NCBI GenBank assembly: GCA_947478395.1
Contig: CANJVR010000001.1
Coordinates: 512,001-576,000, forward strand
Direction of reading: 5' to 3'
Source of the DNA: Opitutia bacterium
Lineage (GTDB): Bacteria; Verrucomicrobiota; Verrucomicrobiia; Opitutales; Opitutaceae
DNA: 64,000 nucleotides
The first letter of the stretch is position 1. Each line of letters starts with the position of its first letter. The notes under the pieces are model-generated. The model worked only from the letters and a program-made list of their open reading frames with translations. It searched no databases and was not told the DNA's origin. A program made the position numbers and the translations under genes. Of this stretch, positions 40,783 through 50,718 are shown in pieces.

Positions 40783-42567
40783 TCAGTCCCGCTCCTGCCC
40801 CGTCGCCACCGAGGGCACAAGTGACTCACCTTTGACGCGAATGCCCGTGAGTTTCTCGACGACGAACAGCGCTTGGTCCGACGCCACGTCGACGAGCGTA
40901 TGTCGCTGATGAATGTCGATCGCGCCCACGATGCTGGCGGGCAGACGCGTCACGCCGGCAATTTTCCCGACGACATCCGCCGGCGTCACCAGATTCTTCC
41001 GTCCGACGTTAAGAAAGATGGTCGTGAAACCCTGCTCCCGACCCGTGCGAGCTTCCGGCTGAAAACCGTCGACCTGGTCGCGCGGAGCGCCTGGGCCCGA
41101 TGAAAACTCCGCGACCGGCGCTTCACGCTCGCGCTGCGGCGCCGCAACCCCGCCCGCTTTCTTTGCCGCCCACGCCGGGGCGTCGTTCTTCCGCTCCGAC
41201 TTTGCCCCGGCCTTCATTGCGGAGCCGGTGGAGGACGGTGCCGATGCCGCCGCCGGACCGCCGGTGGGCCCGCCCGCTGGGCCGCCTTGCAGGAGATGAA
41301 TCAACGCCGAGCAGATGTCCGTGCTCATGTAGCCCTGTTCGAGCAACCGATCGATCATGCGATCCTGCTTCCGGAATTTTCCCGCGTTCAGCGTGTCACG
41401 CAGTTTTTCGAAAAACACGTTCTCGCGCGCTTCCTCGACTTGGTCGAGCGACGGAATGTTTTCACGGCGAATCTTCAGCTTCGCATAACGAATCATGCTC
41501 TGGAGCATCCAGAGCTCCCGACCGGAAACGAAAGTGAAAGCCCGGCCTGATTTGCCCGCGCGGCCCGTGCGGCCAATCCGGTGAGTGTAATCTTCCGCGT
41601 CGTTCGGCAGGTCGTAATTGAAAACGACCTCAAGGTCGTCGACGTCGAGTCCGCGCGCGGCAACATCGGTCGCGACGAGAAACTCGAAGCCCCGCCGGCG
41701 GAATTTCTCCATCACGCGGTTGCGCTGCATCTGCGTGATGTCGCCGTGCAGCCGGTCCACCGCGTAGCCGCGCGCCGCGAGATTTTCCGCGAGTTCGTCG
41801 CACATGATCTTCGTGCTGCAAAAAATAATCCCGAAGCGGAAATCATGCACATCGATCAGCCGCGTGAGCGCCTCGATTTTAGAACGGCGGTCGACCTCGA
41901 AATAAACCTGGTCCACCTGCGGCGCGTTCTGCGCGGTGGACTCGACCTTGATCCACGCCGGGTCGCGGCTAAAGCGTTTGATCAGGTCCTGAATGGCGCG
42001 CGGCATCGTCGCCGAGAAAAACAACAGCTGCCGCGTCTCCGGCACGGCCGAGAGAATCTTCTCGATGTCGTCGCGGAAACCCATGTCGAGCATCCGGTCG
42101 GCCTCGTCGAGAATCACCATCTTCAGCTTGTCGAGTTTCAGCGAGCCCCGCTCCATATGATCCATCAACCGCCCGGGTGTGCCGATGACGATCTGGGCGC
42201 CGGCGTCGAGCCCCCGGAATTGGCGCTCATAACTTTGCCCGCCGTAAACCGGCAGTTCGCGCAGGCCGCGTTTGAAGAACGCCAGTTTTGCCACCTCCTC
42301 CGCGACCTGGACGGCCAATTCGCGCGTGGGCAGGAGGATCAGCACCTGCACCGCCTTGCTGTGCGTATCAACTTTATCGATCGCCGGAAGGGCGAACGCC
42401 GCGGTCTTACCCGAGCCCGTCGAGGACTGCCCGACGACATCGCGCCCCGTGAGGACCGTCGGAATCACCGCGGTCTGAATCGGCGAAGCCTCCTCGAAAC
42501 CCATTTTTTCCACGGCCTTGAGGGCTTCAGGCGAGAGACCGAGTTCGGAGAAGAGACGTTTATCCAT
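40783..42567 (-). CDS. DEAD-box RNA helicase with C-terminal DbpA-type RNA-binding domain (DeaD/CshA-like)
   Basis: TGSGKT, PTRELA, TPGRL, LDEADRMLDMGF, FSAT, ARGLD, HRIGRTGRAG. Confidence 0.95.
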   Translation of the reverse strand: MDKRLFSELGLSPEALKAVEKMGFEEASPIQTAVIPTVLTGRDVVGQSSTGSGKTAAFALPAIDKVDTHSKAVQVLILLPTRELAVQVAEEVAKLAFFKRGLRELPVYGGQSYERQFRGLDAGAQIVIGTPGRLMDHMERGSLKLDKLKMVILDEADRMLDMGFRDDIEKILSAVPETRQLLFFSATMPRAIQDLIKRFSRDPAWIKVESTAQNAPQVDQVYFEVDRRSKIEALTRLIDVHDFRFGIIFCSTKIMCDELAENLAARGYAVDRLHGDITQMQRNRVMEKFRRRGFEFLVATDVAARGLDVDDLEVVFNYDLPNDAEDYTHRIGRTGRAGKSGRAFTFVSGRELWMLQSMIRYAKLKIRRENIPSLDQVEEARENVFFEKLRDTLNAGKFRKQDRMIDRLLEQGYMSTDICSALIHLLQGGPAGGPTGGPAAASAPSSTGSAMKAGAKSERKNDAPAWAAKKAGGVAAPQREREAPVAEFSSGPGAPRDQVDGFQPEARTGREQGFTTIFLNVGRKNLVTPADVVGKIAGVTRLPASIVGAIDIHQRHTLVDVASDQALFVVEKLTGIRVKGESLVPSVATGQERD

Positions 42568-42672
42568 ACCCTAAACTAGACACGGCTTGGGGCGAAAGAG
42601 AGACAAAAGCGCGGCCCGCGCTTGTCGGCCGCTGGCCGAGATTCGTAAAATAGCTATCGGCTCAGCGCTTGA

Positions 42673-43413
42673 TCACTCGAAGGGGGCCCGGCTCACGTCG
42701 AGATCAGGCTTGGTGTTCCAGCGCGGTTTCCAGCCTGGTTTCTCGATACGCGTCCGAAAAATGACGGTGTTGTCGAGATCGAGATCACCGCTCCAAATAA
42801 ATTTCGCGCCTTTGAAATCCGCGGCGTAGAACGTTTCCTTCGGTCCAACGCGCTCCTCGGGATATTCCGTCGCATTCGACCAAGCGCTGTCGTCGAACGT
42901 CACCGTCCACCACTTTTCGGGGATTGGGGTGTGTTCGACCTTGGGATTTTTCACGTCGCGGTCGAGCGGGCCCTTAAAGAAACTCTGCACCTTCCAGGTC
43001 GCATTTGAGACGGTGCCGTCAGCGAATTTGATGATGAAGCCGCCATCGCCGATGTGATCCCCGTACTCCAGACCGGTCTTCGGATCGGCGTTGTCCTTCA
43101 CCATCACGGCAATCGTCATCGGATATTCCGGCAAAATATCCACGGCCACGACGTTGTGCGGCGTGAACGGGATGGAATCAACGGCCGTCAGCCTTCCGTT
43201 GATAAACAGCACGAACCAGTTGTCCGCGTACACGTTCACTTTGATCGTGTCTGCCATCGTCGGCTTGATCAGACCATTGTCGTCCGGAGAACCCTTTCGG
43301 CCCGGACCGCCACGACGCGGCGGACCCGGCGGACGGTCCTGAGCCAACGTGAGGGCGACCAACCCGCCCGTAAGGGCGACAAGAGCGAATACGCGTAAGA
43401 CGGAATGCTTCAT
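42673..43413 (-). CDS. Secreted hypothetical protein (beta-sandwich/lectin-like)
   Basis: Signal peptide; VYADNWFVLFING, IGDGGFI, AKFIWSGDLDLDN; last gene of a co-oriented operon. Confidence 0.7.
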   Translation of the reverse strand: MKHSVLRVFALVALTGGLVALTLAQDRPPGPPRRGGPGRKGSPDDNGLIKPTMADTIKVNVYADNWFVLFINGRLTAVDSIPFTPHNVVAVDILPEYPMTIAVMVKDNADPKTGLEYGDHIGDGGFIIKFADGTVSNATWKVQSFFKGPLDRDVKNPKVEHTPIPEKWWTVTFDDSAWSNATEYPEERVGPKETFYAADFKGAKFIWSGDLDLDNTVIFRTRIEKPGWKPRWNTKPDLDVSRAPFE

Positions 43414-43431
43414 GGAGAAAAAGCGGGTGCT

Positions 43432-44913
43432 TTAGGGCGCAGCCTGCGGTGAGGGACTCACCACATAGCGATGGGTTACGGTGCCCGTTTTTCGTCCGTC
43501 CCGCTCCGCGTTGGCCGGGTAAGCGCGGACGTATTCGACGGTCGCACCTGGGGGCGCGACACTGACGCGCAAAATTCCCGACGCACCTTGAATCACTCCG
43601 CTCTTGTAACCGTATTCCTCTGCACTGCGCACGTCGTCGGCTCGCGCGTGGCCTGGCTGCGGCACGAGTTGGTAGACGACACCATCCCTTTCCTGCCGGT
43701 CGTAAAAATGATCGTGTCCGTGAAAAACGATCGAAACGCCGGACCGCACCAAGAGGTCGTGGATCGGAATGCCCCAACCGGGCCGGTGCGCAGCGAACGT
43801 ATCCCGACCGTCGAGCTCGTGACCACCCCACTCGAAAAATTGCGAGGCCTCCGCGCCGCCCCGGCCCTCACGACTCTCGCCGCCCACGAGATTGTGGAGA
43901 AATAGAAATTTGTAAGGAGCCGGGCTGGTTTCCAGCGTGCGTTTCAGCCAATCGTATTGGGGCCGGCCCAACGTGCGGCCCCAGTTGTCGGCGTCGCGGC
44001 CCCCGCTTGTGCTGAACCAATACGGGTCGAGCACGACAAAAAGTGCATCGCCCCATTCGAACGCATAGTAATCTTGGAGCATCCCCGCCGAAGGATGCGG
44101 CACCGGATTTCCGCTATAGAATCCATCCGGCACCGGATTCAAAAAATATTTTTTCCGCATCGCATTCGACCAAATGGCCATCGCGTCGGCGCCGTTCCCG
44201 CGCCGCTTGATCTCTTCACCGTCATGGTTGCCCAGCGCCAAGAACACCGGCGCTCCGCGTCCAATGAGCCCGAGATAATATCTCTGCGCCAAATACTGCG
44301 GGAGCGCATCGTGAAAATCGTTGCGCTTGTCCGTCATGAAGGTGTCGCCGAGGTCGAAATGAAAATCCGGCCCGGCCGCGAGCGCGTTCGCCAGGCTCTT
44401 GCTGTAAACGTCCGGATCCGTCCCGAAATCCAAATGCGAATCGGATTGCACGGTAAAGGTGAACGCCGCTCCGCGCGCTCGAGCCGTGGAAAAGCTATAC
44501 ACGGCGCTGACCGCTGCCTCGTCACCCGACTCCGGCCTAAATTGATAAAAATAGCGGGTGTTCGACTTGAGTCCGCGGAGCACGATCTCTTCCGGCTGGT
44601 CTCGCGCGAAGGTGCGCGCGGGCACACTCGCCGTAAGTTTGTCTGCCGCTTCGCCGTAGACGATGGTCGCTCGCAGCTCGCGATAAGCCAGCACGCTCAA
44701 CGTGACCGAGTCGCGCGTCGGCCGCCCAAGGATGAGATCGTAGCGATGCGCAGGGACATCCGTGACAAAAGCCAAGGTCGGCATCCGCGCACCGCCGCTG
44801 CCTCCGCCATTTTCGCCTCGGCGCGGCTGAGCTTGAAGCCAAATCGCGCCCAGTATTACGCTCAGCGCAATGCGCAAGATTCCCGTCGGATTTCCGGCGA
44901 GAGGAAGCTTCAT
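43432..44913 (-). CDS. Secreted metallophosphoesterase (purple acid phosphatase-like, FN3-like N-domain)
   Basis: SDSH, DLGDTF, LGNHDGE, FLHN, FHGHDHFY. Confidence 0.85.
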   Translation of the reverse strand: MKLPLAGNPTGILRIALSVILGAIWLQAQPRRGENGGGSGGARMPTLAFVTDVPAHRYDLILGRPTRDSVTLSVLAYRELRATIVYGEAADKLTASVPARTFARDQPEEIVLRGLKSNTRYFYQFRPESGDEAAVSAVYSFSTARARGAAFTFTVQSDSHLDFGTDPDVYSKSLANALAAGPDFHFDLGDTFMTDKRNDFHDALPQYLAQRYYLGLIGRGAPVFLALGNHDGEEIKRRGNGADAMAIWSNAMRKKYFLNPVPDGFYSGNPVPHPSAGMLQDYYAFEWGDALFVVLDPYWFSTSGGRDADNWGRTLGRPQYDWLKRTLETSPAPYKFLFLHNLVGGESREGRGGAEASQFFEWGGHELDGRDTFAAHRPGWGIPIHDLLVRSGVSIVFHGHDHFYDRQERDGVVYQLVPQPGHARADDVRSAEEYGYKSGVIQGASGILRVSVAPPGATVEYVRAYPANAERDGRKTGTVTHRYVVSPSPQAAP

Positions 44914-46310
44914 GGATTTGCCCTCGGCCGCCCGCCTTTGACGCCGCCCCGCGGCCCCGGCGGTAAGTCATTCGAGTCTTTTTTGGTGGGATCGTAGTCC
45001 GGATTTCGCACCGCCATTTGGGCGTTCACGTTTTTAAGATAGGCCGCGAGACGACCGTCGAGGTCGGCAACTTTTTCCGGCATCGAGACGGCGAGGTTTC
45101 GGCGCTCAGAGGCGTCGCGCGAAAGATCGTAGAGAAAGCGGCCCCCGTTTTCGTAGACGTGAATCAGTTTGTACGATCCGACCATGATCGCCGACGCCGG
45201 TCCCAGATTACCGGAATCGTAATGCGGGAAATGAAAAATTAATTCCTCGCGCTCCCGGCTCACGACGCCAGCGCCCACTTTGTCCCGCCAAAGACCGACC
45301 AAACTTCCACCTTCGACGCCGGCAGGAATCGGCGCCTTCACTCCGGCCAGTTCCACGACGCTCGGCAGAACATCCATCGCCGTTACCGGCACGTGCGAGC
45401 AGACGTTCGCCGCGACACCGGGTCCACGAATCAGAAACGGCACCCGCAAACCGCCCTCGAGCACCCCGCCCTTGCCCCCGTTCAAGGGTTCATTCGCGCC
45501 CCGACCGGGCGCACCGTGATCAGCGGTATAGATCACGAACGTATTTTCAGTGAGCCCCAAACGATCAAGCGCGTCGAGCAGCCGCGATACGGTTTTGTCC
45601 ACTTCCGCGGCGTCGGCCGCTGCGCCCACGGCTCCTCGGTTGGCCGCTTTCTGTTCCTGATTAGGGTAGTGCGAGAGCTGCAGATAGAACGGCCGTCCGG
45701 CTTGCGCAGCGCGCGCGATGAAAGCGATGCCGCGATCCGTCATGCCTTCAGCCTGCTTGGGATTCGGATTGGCGACGTTGTCCGGTCCTCCGTTGTTCGT
45801 CGGTCCGTCACTTTCGTCGAAGCCATGCCGGAGAGGTGAAACCCGTCCGAGGTGCCACTTACCAAAATGCGCTGTGATGTAGCCGGCGTTTTTCAAAAGC
45901 TCGGGCAACGTCGTCTCGGCGGTCGGCAATTCCAGCAGCGGCTCGGGCGGAATCAGGACACTGCCCGTGCGCGAAAACGTGCTGTCACGCCCAATGCCCA
46001 CAAAGGTCATGTGCAGTACCGCGGGACTTTTCCCCGTCAGCAGCGCGGCGCGGGAGGGGGTGCAGCGGGGCGACGCCGCGTAGCCGTAGGCAAAGCGCAT
46101 ACCCTCCCGCGCCAAACGCTCAACCGCTGGGGTCCGAAAGATCGGACTTTTCGACTCGGGGCTGCGATCGTCCATCGCAACCGAGGTATTCGACCAGCCC
46201 TGAGCCTCGGTCATAATCACCACGAAATTCGGCGATCGCGCCGCCGCGGCCGACCAGCCTTGCCCAGCGGCGAACAAGGTCAGCACGAGACCGATAAAGG
46301 ACTTTTTCAT
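44910..46310 (-). CDS. Sulfatase family protein (atypical metal-ligand motif)
   Basis: CTPSRAALLTG, HFGKWHLG, EGGLRVPF; N-terminal TEAQG replaces the usual xDDLG; start MKKSFI. Confidence 0.85.
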   Translation of the reverse strand: MKKSFIGLVLTLFAAGQGWSAAAARSPNFVVIMTEAQGWSNTSVAMDDRSPESKSPIFRTPAVERLAREGMRFAYGYAASPRCTPSRAALLTGKSPAVLHMTFVGIGRDSTFSRTGSVLIPPEPLLELPTAETTLPELLKNAGYITAHFGKWHLGRVSPLRHGFDESDGPTNNGGPDNVANPNPKQAEGMTDRGIAFIARAAQAGRPFYLQLSHYPNQEQKAANRGAVGAAADAAEVDKTVSRLLDALDRLGLTENTFVIYTADHGAPGRGANEPLNGGKGGVLEGGLRVPFLIRGPGVAANVCSHVPVTAMDVLPSVVELAGVKAPIPAGVEGGSLVGLWRDKVGAGVVSREREELIFHFPHYDSGNLGPASAIMVGSYKLIHVYENGGRFLYDLSRDASERRNLAVSMPEKVADLDGRLAAYLKNVNAQMAVRNPDYDPTKKDSNDLPPGPRGGVKGGRPRANP

Positions 46311-46327
46311 GGGAGCAGAAAATGTTC

Positions 46328-48013
46328 TCAACGATCCGGCCGGGGCGGCCGACCCCGCCCGTCGTTCGGCGCGGCGGAACGTTCGTCACCAGGACGAGAA
46401 TAGATGACCTTAAGCTCCGCGCGGTCGAGGATGCGATCCTTCATGGCCGCCAGCAGCACATCGCGACTCACGGCGGAAGCAGCGACGGCAATGTCCACCG
46501 GCGCGGAAAGCGCGTAGACCGAAAGAATGTATGTCTTCGGACCAGGGCCCTTCGAGTGCGGCGGCGCATAGCCCACGCGTCCCGTGATGCTATTGCTTCC
46601 GAGCGTGCCAACGCCCTGCACATTTCGCGGCAGACTCTGAATGTCTGCCGGAAGATTATAGAGCGTCCAATACCACTTGATCAGACCCTCCGGATCGACG
46701 TGGTGCATGATCACGGCGTAACTTTTCGTCGCTGCCGGCGCACCGGCCCATTCCAACGGCGGGGTGGCACTCGAGCCGTCGCCGGTGAAATCCACGGGGA
46801 GGTTGCCGCCGTCGACGACCACCGGACTTTTGAGCACAAAACCTTCCGCGCGCTTCGGCACGGACGCCGGCGGCGCCTCCGTGCGGCGCGAACCACCCGA
46901 TGAAGGCAGATCGTTGCGTTCGCGCGGCGGCGGTCCGCCGTTTCGTGCGCCGCCACGACCTCCATTATAAATTTGGTCGGTCGTGGAACCGTCAGCCGCC
47001 ACGTATTGAAATTTCCATCCACCGTCGGCCGTCGCGGTATAGTTCACTGCGGCCGGTCGCCCATTCAGGGTATATTTGAGCGAAAATGTTTTTTGGTCGG
47101 CCGACGCGGTGAATCCGGTAATGGCCGTACCCCGTAGCGGCGCCGTCGCCGGGCGCACCGAACGCGCCCTCGGTTGCGGATCGACTTGACCGTCTCGCTC
47201 CACGACCTCGCCGTGAAAACCACCGTTGACGTAGGGATATTTCAGCGACGCGTGATAGTGGTAACCGAGCGCTGAAGTCGTGTGACCGTTGAAGGCATCG
47301 AGATTTCCCGCCGGTGAACCATCGGGCTCCGTCAGCCCAAAGATCGCATAGCCATCGAGGGCAAACGCGATCGGCTTTTCAGCGCCCAGGACGCTTTGCA
47401 GATGCAAGGGCGCGACGTGGTAGTGGTAGTCATCTGCCCGGCCGCCGTGTCCGCCCCAGCGATCAAGTTCGCCAATTTCCTGCGAGAGTTCACCCCGATT
47501 GTTTTGCGGATTGAAGATCGGAATACCATTCGCCGCGAGGGCGATGGCGCCCCGGAGAAATCGATCCCTGATCGATTGCGGCTGGGTCGCTGGAACCGGC
47601 CGCAGGGGAATGCGCCAGGCGTTGTCACCGAAATACGGCTGGGGCAGCGGCACTTGCTGCTGCCAGGCGGTGATCCCGATCATCATGTCGTGCGCGGGCA
47701 GACCGTTGCTCTCGACGTAGAGAAAATCGCGATCCCATCGTATGCTCACCCGGGGCGCGAAGGCCGCGAACGGCGCGGCTTGCACCGGACGATTGTCCGC
47801 AGCCTGACTCGTTCCCGCGCCGATGGCCCGCGTTGCCCCCGCTTGCGCGAAAACCCCGGCACGCACCACGGCCACCAGCGGCGGCGATAGCGACGCATCG
47901 TAGTGAGGGTGCAACGGATCGCCGGTCACGTTATGCGCCAGCACGGGCACCGCCCCTCTCATAATGAACGCCCCGACCACACCACTCCACGCGAGCCTTC
48001 GCATCGAATTCAT
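46328..48013 (-). CDS. YHYH domain protein fused to a C-terminal YbhB/YbcL (PEBP) domain
   Basis: SNGLPAH, GAIALAANGIPIFNP, DDYHYH, FALDGYAIFG, GYHYH; then PPLEW..P..TKSYAVIMHH.DP, YAPPHSKGPG. Confidence 0.85.
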   Translation of the reverse strand: MNSMRRLAWSGVVGAFIMRGAVPVLAHNVTGDPLHPHYDASLSPPLVAVVRAGVFAQAGATRAIGAGTSQAADNRPVQAAPFAAFAPRVSIRWDRDFLYVESNGLPAHDMMIGITAWQQQVPLPQPYFGDNAWRIPLRPVPATQPQSIRDRFLRGAIALAANGIPIFNPQNNRGELSQEIGELDRWGGHGGRADDYHYHVAPLHLQSVLGAEKPIAFALDGYAIFGLTEPDGSPAGNLDAFNGHTTSALGYHYHASLKYPYVNGGFHGEVVERDGQVDPQPRARSVRPATAPLRGTAITGFTASADQKTFSLKYTLNGRPAAVNYTATADGGWKFQYVAADGSTTDQIYNGGRGGARNGGPPPRERNDLPSSGGSRRTEAPPASVPKRAEGFVLKSPVVVDGGNLPVDFTGDGSSATPPLEWAGAPAATKSYAVIMHHVDPEGLIKWYWTLYNLPADIQSLPRNVQGVGTLGSNSITGRVGYAPPHSKGPGPKTYILSVYALSAPVDIAVAASAVSRDVLLAAMKDRILDRAELKVIYSRPGDERSAAPNDGRGRPPRPDR

Positions 48014-48120
48014 GCCCAACGCTACCCGCGCCGCATTAAACCAACCCGCGCGTTTGGATTAATATCCTGTCATTTTTGGCGGCTTGACCCGACCTTCGGC
48101 TCGACGGGAGATGAACAGAC

Positions 48121-48816
48121 GTGAAAATCCTGGTGCTGGAGGATGACAAAAAACTCGCCGGGCTGCTCAGCAAGGGACTTGAGGCGCAGGGCTTCACCGT
48201 GGATTTTTGCGACCATGGCGACGAGGCCTACGCACTCGCGATGACGCGTTCCTACGACGCTCTGGTCCTTGACATCATGGTCCCCGGCCGCGACGGCCTG
48301 AGTATTCTGCGTAATCTCCGCGAGCATCACCTCGCCGTGCCGATCGTACTCGTGACGGCGCGCAGCGCGCTCAACGAACGCCTGGAGGGCCTCAACCTCG
48401 GTGCCGATGACTACCTCACCAAACCGTTCTATGTCGATGAGCTCATCGCGCGCCTACACGCCGTCACACGGCGCGCCGCCGGAAACGCCCTCACCCTCCT
48501 TCAGCACGGCCCCGTAACGATCAACCTCATCACGCGCGAAACCCGGCGCGCCGGCGAACTCGTCGCCCTCACCGCACGGGAATTTGCCCTGCTCACCTAC
48601 CTGCTCCGCTCCCCCGGGCGGACTTTCACGCGAGCGCAAATCTGCGAGCACGTGTGGAATTACCATTTCGATCCCGGCACGAATCTCGTCGATGTCTATG
48701 TCCAGCGCCTGCGCCGCAAACTGGAGACTGACCCCGAGGTCTCTCTGATCGAGACGGTCCGCGGTGTCGGCTACCGTGCCCGGGTGCGGCCCGCCAGCCC
48801 GCCACTTCCCCCGTGA
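48121..48816 (+). CDS. OmpR-family response regulator (CusR/CzcR-like)
   Basis: ILVLEDD, LDIMVP, GADDYLTKPF, LTAREF, NLVDVYV..LRRK, TVRGVGY. Confidence 0.93.
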   Translation: MKILVLEDDKKLAGLLSKGLEAQGFTVDFCDHGDEAYALAMTRSYDALVLDIMVPGRDGLSILRNLREHHLAVPIVLVTARSALNERLEGLNLGADDYLTKPFYVDELIARLHAVTRRAAGNALTLLQHGPVTINLITRETRRAGELVALTAREFALLTYLLRSPGRTFTRAQICEHVWNYHFDPGTNLVDVYVQRLRRKLETDPEVSLIETVRGVGYRARVRPASPPLPP

Positions 48817-50276
48817 ACTCTTTCCGGCTCCGGCTCGCCCTGCTCGTCGGTTCGATCACCGCCGCCCTGCTCCTCGCGGCGGGCCTACTCGCGTGGCAAA
48901 TCACGATCCGGTTCAATCTCGACCGCCTCGACCGCGAATTGCGCAACCTGGGCGCGGCGAACCTTGATCGCGTCGTGGGCGACGAACATTGGCGCCGGGT
49001 CGAAAGTGCGCTCCGCTTCGTGTCCGGGGCGGATCGACCGCCCGGTTACGCCCTGTGGGTCGAGAATTACGGGCGCACGATCTACCGCTCCCCCCATTGG
49101 CCGGAAAAAATTTCTCCGGCCTCGCTGCCGAAACCAGGCCCCTATGAAGGCGGCCTGACGTTTTCTACCCTGCCTCCACCGCCGCGCCCAGGTGAATCAC
49201 TTTCGCCGCGCAACCCGCCGCTGCCGCGCCGCGAACCCATTTTCTTAGATGCGTCGGCGGACGGCCATGCGTGGCGGCTCGCGGTGATGGGGACGCCGTA
49301 CACCACACTCGTACTCGCGGCCGATAGCGACGACTTCAACGCCAGCCTCGTCCGGTTGCGCCACGTTTTTCTCACGGCGTTACCCGGGGCGCTTTTGCTG
49401 GTCGGTGGCGGAGCCTGGTTTCTCGCCGGGCGCGCAATGCGACCCGTGCGCGCCTTCTCCCAAGCGGCCGAACGCGTGACCGCGCGCGGGCTCGATCAGC
49501 GCATCGTCACGCCCGCCAACGATCGCGAGTTCCAGCGACTCGTCACCGTGTTCAATGAAATGATGGACCGGCTTGAAACCAGTTTTCATCAGGCCACGCG
49601 TTTCAGCGCCGACGCTTCGCACGAACTAAAAACGCCGCTCGCCTTGCTTCAGGCCGAGCTGGAACACGGCCTCGCCTCGGCTCCCCCCGGTTCTGCGCAA
49701 CAACAAACCTGCTCCAGCCTCCTCGAGGAAGTTCACCGTCTCACTGCGATTGTGGAGAAACTGCTCCTGCTTTCCCTGGCCGACGCGGGCCGCCTCGAAC
49801 TTCATCTCGAATCGGTCGATGCCGCTCCGATCCTCGCGAACGTAATCGAGGACTGCGCCGCGCTGGCACCACATCTCAAAGTCGAAAGCCCTGTCACCCT
49901 CCCCCAAGCCTTGGTGCGGGCGGACATCGTCCTGCTCGAACAGGCGCTCCAAAATCTCGGGGGCAATGCGATCAAATACAATCGGGACGGCGGACGGATC
50001 CGCTTCGAAATCGCCGTCGAACAAAACCGCGTTGCGATTTCCATCGGCAACACCGGCCCCGGCATTTCCGCAGCCGATCGCGTTCACCTATTCGAAAGGT
50101 TTCATCGCGGCGATCGTGCGCGCCGGCGCCAACCCGGCGCCGGCGTGGGGCTCGGCCTGAGCCTCTCCCGGGAAATTCTCCGCGCGCACGGCGGCGACCT
50201 CACGCTCGCTCCATCGCCCGACGACTGGACGCTTTTTATTGTGACGCTCCCATTCGCGTCCGCTCCCCCTGCCTAA
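48813..50276 (+). CDS. HAMP-containing sensor histidine kinase (CusS/CzcS-like)
   Basis: Two TMs, FSADASHELKTPL, NAIKYN, GPGI, FERFHR, GLGLSL; GTGA overlap with the regulator. Confidence 0.92.
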   Translation: MNSFRLRLALLVGSITAALLLAAGLLAWQITIRFNLDRLDRELRNLGAANLDRVVGDEHWRRVESALRFVSGADRPPGYALWVENYGRTIYRSPHWPEKISPASLPKPGPYEGGLTFSTLPPPPRPGESLSPRNPPLPRREPIFLDASADGHAWRLAVMGTPYTTLVLAADSDDFNASLVRLRHVFLTALPGALLLVGGGAWFLAGRAMRPVRAFSQAAERVTARGLDQRIVTPANDREFQRLVTVFNEMMDRLETSFHQATRFSADASHELKTPLALLQAELEHGLASAPPGSAQQQTCSSLLEEVHRLTAIVEKLLLLSLADAGRLELHLESVDAAPILANVIEDCAALAPHLKVESPVTLPQALVRADIVLLEQALQNLGGNAIKYNRDGGRIRFEIAVEQNRVAISIGNTGPGISAADRVHLFERFHRGDRARRRQPGAGVGLGLSLSREILRAHGGDLTLAPSPDDWTLFIVTLPFASAPPA

Positions 50277-50359
50277 AGCGACGCCACTTCCTTGGCGTTT
50301 TCACGGAGGAAACAATTTCCGGCGCGCGCTCTCGCGGCAGACGGGGCGAAGAAACGCAG

Positions 50360-50441
50360 GTAACGAAGTCGCGGCAGGCGTCCCTGCCTGTCGAAACTAG
50401 GCAGCCGAACACGGCAGGCCGGGACGCCCGCCGCGACTTAC
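50360..50441 (+). repeat. REP-like family A copy
   Basis: aagtcgcggcaggcgtccctgcctg...ggcaggccgggacgcccgccgcgactt. Confidence 0.7.
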
Positions 50442-50718
50442 CCGTTTCAGCCCCCTCATGAAAGTGGACCACGCCAAACTGTCCGACTCCGTCAGTACCC
50501 GCGTTTTCAGAGGCGGTGGCCCATGGTCATAAACGGTCTCGTCACCTAATCCAGACGTCCGCGTATTCCTTGGTTCTACCCCTTCGCATCATGACTTTGC
50601 CTCGCTCCACTGCTGATGACACCCGTGCGGGTCCATCGATGAAGGGGGCTGGCGGCACCCAGCCCGTCGCTGACATGAGCTGCTCGAGCGCAAGCCGCAC
50701 GTTCAGTCCGGTCTCAGA

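Noticed and set aside
39972..42567. HNH + helicase as a defence system
   Set aside because: The helicase is an ordinary DeaD-like RNA helicase and the HNH is a common stand-alone type, separated from it by a REP; no mobile context.
50445..50718. Possible riboswitch or leader peptide upstream of hupE/ureJ
   Set aside because: No cobalamin or NiCo riboswitch consensus recognised by eye; would need an Infernal/Rfam search.
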